Below the pieces are notes generated by a model. It did not search any database. It was not told the DNA's origin and saw nothing but the letters and a program-made list of their open reading frames with translations. Positions 54,963 through 57,671 of a stretch of 57,671 bases of DNA are shown piece after piece. A program made the position numbers and the translations under genes. Positions within the stretch are counted from its first letter, which is position 1. The number at the start of each line of letters is the position of its first letter. The DNA comes from a virus (lineage: Duplodnaviria; Caudoviricetes): IMG/VR virus record IMGVR_UViG_3300037198_000035, positions 1-57,671 of that record; one strand, given 5' to 3'.

Positions 54963-55511
54963 TCATTCTTTGGTTTTAACCGCGATTATCTGCCAGCCGA
55001 CAAACTCTACACGCAGACTGTGGGCGTATATTTTAAGAAATGCTTCGATTGCGATTCTTGGTTTGTCCAATTCATCAGGAGTAATGTCCCACATGAAGTC
55101 ATCCCAGATGATTGTTCCTCCAACCTTCATCAGGTCAAATAGTAAAACAGAGTCTCTCAACACGTCGTTTGCCTTATGGCTTCCATCAACATATCCAAAA
55201 TCAAGTTTGTGTGAAAACGTCCTTAATACATTCTGTGAATATCCCTTGATAATGCGCGATTGTGGAAATACAGAAAGTCTGGAACACGCCTCTTGTTCAA
55301 CATTTGTACAATCCATGCCGTGTTCCTTTTGTTCGCAGAATGTAAATGGGTCAACGCAGTAGTAACATGAAGAGGGATGCGTGAATATGTTTTTCATGGC
55401 CCATTCAGCCGACTCGCCTCTGAAAGTTCCAATCTCAATCCCCTTGATGTCTGGCCTCCCGGCCAGATGTCTTAGGAATTTTAGCCAGTTGCTTTCTTCG
55501 GGTTCGTTCAT
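54963..55511 (-). CDS. class I SAM methyltransferase (Methyltransf_24-like)
   Basis: IEIGTFRGES, CVDPF, YVDGSH, GGTIIWDD. Confidence 0.88.
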   Translation of the reverse strand: MNEPEESNWLKFLRHLAGRPDIKGIEIGTFRGESAEWAMKNIFTHPSSCYYCVDPFTFCEQKEHGMDCTNVEQEACSRLSVFPQSRIIKGYSQNVLRTFSHKLDFGYVDGSHKANDVLRDSVLLFDLMKVGGTIIWDDFMWDITPDELDKPRIAIEAFLKIYAHSLRVEFVGWQIIAVKTKE

Positions 55512-56218
55512 GGATTGTAAAATTGTTCGTATGCGTCCGCATCGCTGCCAATGAGCGTCCTCAGTTTGGCCATATTTAATTCGCGTATCGCGTCTTGTGC
55601 CATCTTGTCATGCCCGACATTGTATCCAGCGCGTCCCGGCATTCCTTTAATCCCGATAACCAACCTTCCTGCGTCTGGACGGAAAACCCTTTTGGAGCAT
55701 TTTATCCCGCCGTTGTCGAGCCAGATTCTTTGGTCTAAAAACGGGTCTTTGTTGGTTGTCGTGTCACACAGTTCAAGCACTTTCGGGAATAAATTAGACC
55801 GTATCGCGGTTGAACACAGGCTCGAATGACTCATGTTCCGGTAATCAATCCAGTAGCGGTAGCGCACGTTGTAATAGAAGGCGTGGCCTTCGCCGATCAT
55901 GTCGTATTTTTCGAGTTGGTCAGAGCAAAATTGAAGCCATTTCGGATGATACCAATCGTCATCTTCTACGAACACAAGCGCGTCACCCGTAACTTTTCCA
56001 GACGAAATCAGGAACGCAATTTTATTCAACAGGCTCATGCGCCCCTTGAACTGCGGGCAGAAGATGTATTCCTGCCCCATCGTGCATATGGTTCGGGGAA
56101 CTTCATCGTCCATCACAATAAATTGATGCGGCTGCAAAGTCTGCCGAGAAACGTAACGCTCGCAGAGTTTGAAAGCCTCTTGCCGTGCGCCGGTTGGAGT
56201 TATGACGGTGAGTTTCAT
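55508..56218 (-). CDS. GT-A fold glycosyltransferase
   Basis: TVITPT..R, IVMDD, FVEDDDWY. Confidence 0.85.
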   Translation of the reverse strand: MKLTVITPTGARQEAFKLCERYVSRQTLQPHQFIVMDDEVPRTICTMGQEYIFCPQFKGRMSLLNKIAFLISSGKVTGDALVFVEDDDWYHPKWLQFCSDQLEKYDMIGEGHAFYYNVRYRYWIDYRNMSHSSLCSTAIRSNLFPKVLELCDTTTNKDPFLDQRIWLDNGGIKCSKRVFRPDAGRLVIGIKGMPGRAGYNVGHDKMAQDAIRELNMAKLRTLIGSDADAYEQFYNP

Positions 56219-56754
56219 GGTTTGGGCCATATCACAAAAATCAAATCATCAAACCGCCCATTAACGTGCCTCTGGTCAATCGCCATACTGCTAAATCCAG
56301 AAGTAACGATGGTGGATAACAAACTAAGATATTCCCACTCCTGAATGTCCTCCACGATGGCGATGCCGTCCGGTGCCAGTAGCGCCGGATAGTTTTTGCA
56401 GAACCAGACTTGATGTTCCAAAGTGTGAGAACCGTCGTCAACAATCAGGGCGAACTTCCCGCCATGCTTGTGCATAAAGTTGAAAGAATCCAAGGTGTAG
56501 GCGTCTCGCTGGAAGTATTGAATCAGTCCATGCCCCAAGCCGGGGGGTGTCGGCAGGATGTCCATTGCAAACGCCTTGGCATGGGTGAAGTAATCCGAAT
56601 ACATTTTGATTCCGCCACCGTCATTGGTGCCGATTTCGAGGATGGAATTCTTCGTGTCCCTGGTTGGCGCGAACAGCTTCTCATAAACCGGCAACAAAGC
56701 TGAGTGACTTGTGAAGTGGTCGGTTTGAAGGTTGGATGGAATAAATGCACTCAT
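56215..56754 (-). CDS. class I SAM methyltransferase (sugar O-methyltransferase-like)
   Basis: ILEIGT..GG, LIVDDGSH, L.PDGIAIVEDI. Confidence 0.85.
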   Translation of the reverse strand: MSAFIPSNLQTDHFTSHSALLPVYEKLFAPTRDTKNSILEIGTNDGGGIKMYSDYFTHAKAFAMDILPTPPGLGHGLIQYFQRDAYTLDSFNFMHKHGGKFALIVDDGSHTLEHQVWFCKNYPALLAPDGIAIVEDIQEWEYLSLLSTIVTSGFSSMAIDQRHVNGRFDDLIFVIWPKP

Positions 56755-57578
56755 GGTTTTGGTTCCGGCCCCGGCCAGTTGCTTTTTATCTGGTGAATCC
56801 CGACGACCATCTTTTCCTCAAGCCACTGAATCCGTTCTTCCTCAGAACAGATGTTGTTTCCGTAACCAGAATAAATTGACTCAAGATTGACCACCTGATG
56901 ATAGGTTTCTTCCTTGAACTCAGCCCACAACCGCAAACCGATTTCGTAATCCCACACCTTTATGGTCTGCGCGAGTTCAATGTATTGCTGCGGTGTTCCA
57001 AGAGCTTCGGGGAATGTTTTCAGCAGCCAATCCATCCGGTGAATCGAAAATGCGCCTATTGGGAACACGTTTGAATCCCGATGTTGCGCTGGCGCGGCAG
57101 TTCCGAATACGGGCATGGGCAACAGTCGGTTTGCCTTTGAATCAGAAAGCAGAGTCTCGAAATGCTCGGCGGCTTGGCGGTTATACGAGTGAGGATTGAA
57201 AACGGCCAACGTCCCGCCAGAAATCGCATTGCGGTTTTTGGACAGAAATTCCTGCCAAATGATGTCATCCCATCCGGCGACGTTCATTCTGCAATCCTGT
57301 TCCAGTATCATTACATGCGTGAATCGCTTGTTGGCCGCAATTCGCAGTCCGGCCAGAAACACCAAGTTGTGAACCGCCATCCGGTTTTTGTCGCATTTGG
57401 CAATCTCAACAGACGCATTCAGTTTGTATATTCCCGGCCATTGCTTGCTCCAATTATGCTCACTGTAAACGATGAGTTCATGCTTGGGCGGGAAGTTTTT
57501 GAGATTTGTGAAGAAGGAATCCGCCTTGGCCATCCGGGGAGAGCCAATGCAACATAGAATTCCTAGCTTTTCGTTCAT
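56751..57578 (-). CDS. putative GT-A fold glycosyltransferase
   Basis: HVMILEQDC (DxD-like), WDYEI, terminal IHQIK; gene context. Confidence 0.55.
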   Translation of the reverse strand: MNEKLGILCCIGSPRMAKADSFFTNLKNFPPKHELIVYSEHNWSKQWPGIYKLNASVEIAKCDKNRMAVHNLVFLAGLRIAANKRFTHVMILEQDCRMNVAGWDDIIWQEFLSKNRNAISGGTLAVFNPHSYNRQAAEHFETLLSDSKANRLLPMPVFGTAAPAQHRDSNVFPIGAFSIHRMDWLLKTFPEALGTPQQYIELAQTIKVWDYEIGLRLWAEFKEETYHQVVNLESIYSGYGNNICSEEERIQWLEEKMVVGIHQIKSNWPGPEPKP

Positions 57579-57671
57579 TTAGTTAAACCACCCCGGCCAA
57601 CGGATTTTGCTTAGAGCGGAATGATGTTTGGGAGTCGTAAAACGATTTAACCACCCGCAAAATCTGTCAAT

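Noticed and set aside
1-57671. Lysogeny integrase, prophage att sites, host genes, or stop-codon reassignment
   Set aside because: No intact integrase or host housekeeping genes were seen; genes are full-length in the standard code and the tRNA is not a suppressor.

Overview
The window looks like a complete or nearly complete ~57.7 kb tailed-phage genome of podovirus-like organisation, probably circularly permuted. The host is unknown; a Verrucomicrobia-like host is only an impression from protein style. It encodes a terminase large subunit, putative portal, scaffold, major capsid protein, nozzle/adaptor and ejection proteins. It also has a replication initiator with internal iterons plus a DnaC-like loader, a Sak4-like ATPase with an SSB, an MT-A70 methylase, HNH and GIY-YIG nucleases, a glycosyltransferase/methyltransferase cluster and an atypical tRNA-Ser. 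The most striking system is a phage-borne integron-like array at 20.3-22.0 kb: an internally deleted IntI-like gene, an attI-like site and four attC-like sites. Its cassette genes run opposite to the usual direction, start inside the attC loops and read through the recombination cores. Two more attC-bounded solo cassettes lie at 13.6-14.4 kb and 25.7-26.1 kb. Other highlights are a 1,992-bp IS1595 element with TIRs, an 8-bp TSD and passenger genes; several fibre/decoration-like proteins with Sec-type signal peptides plus an outer-membrane beta-barrel; a split, FN3-bearing nozzle gene; and an ATP-grasp/zincin pair behind the portal. All calls come from reading motifs by eye; no database searches were run.
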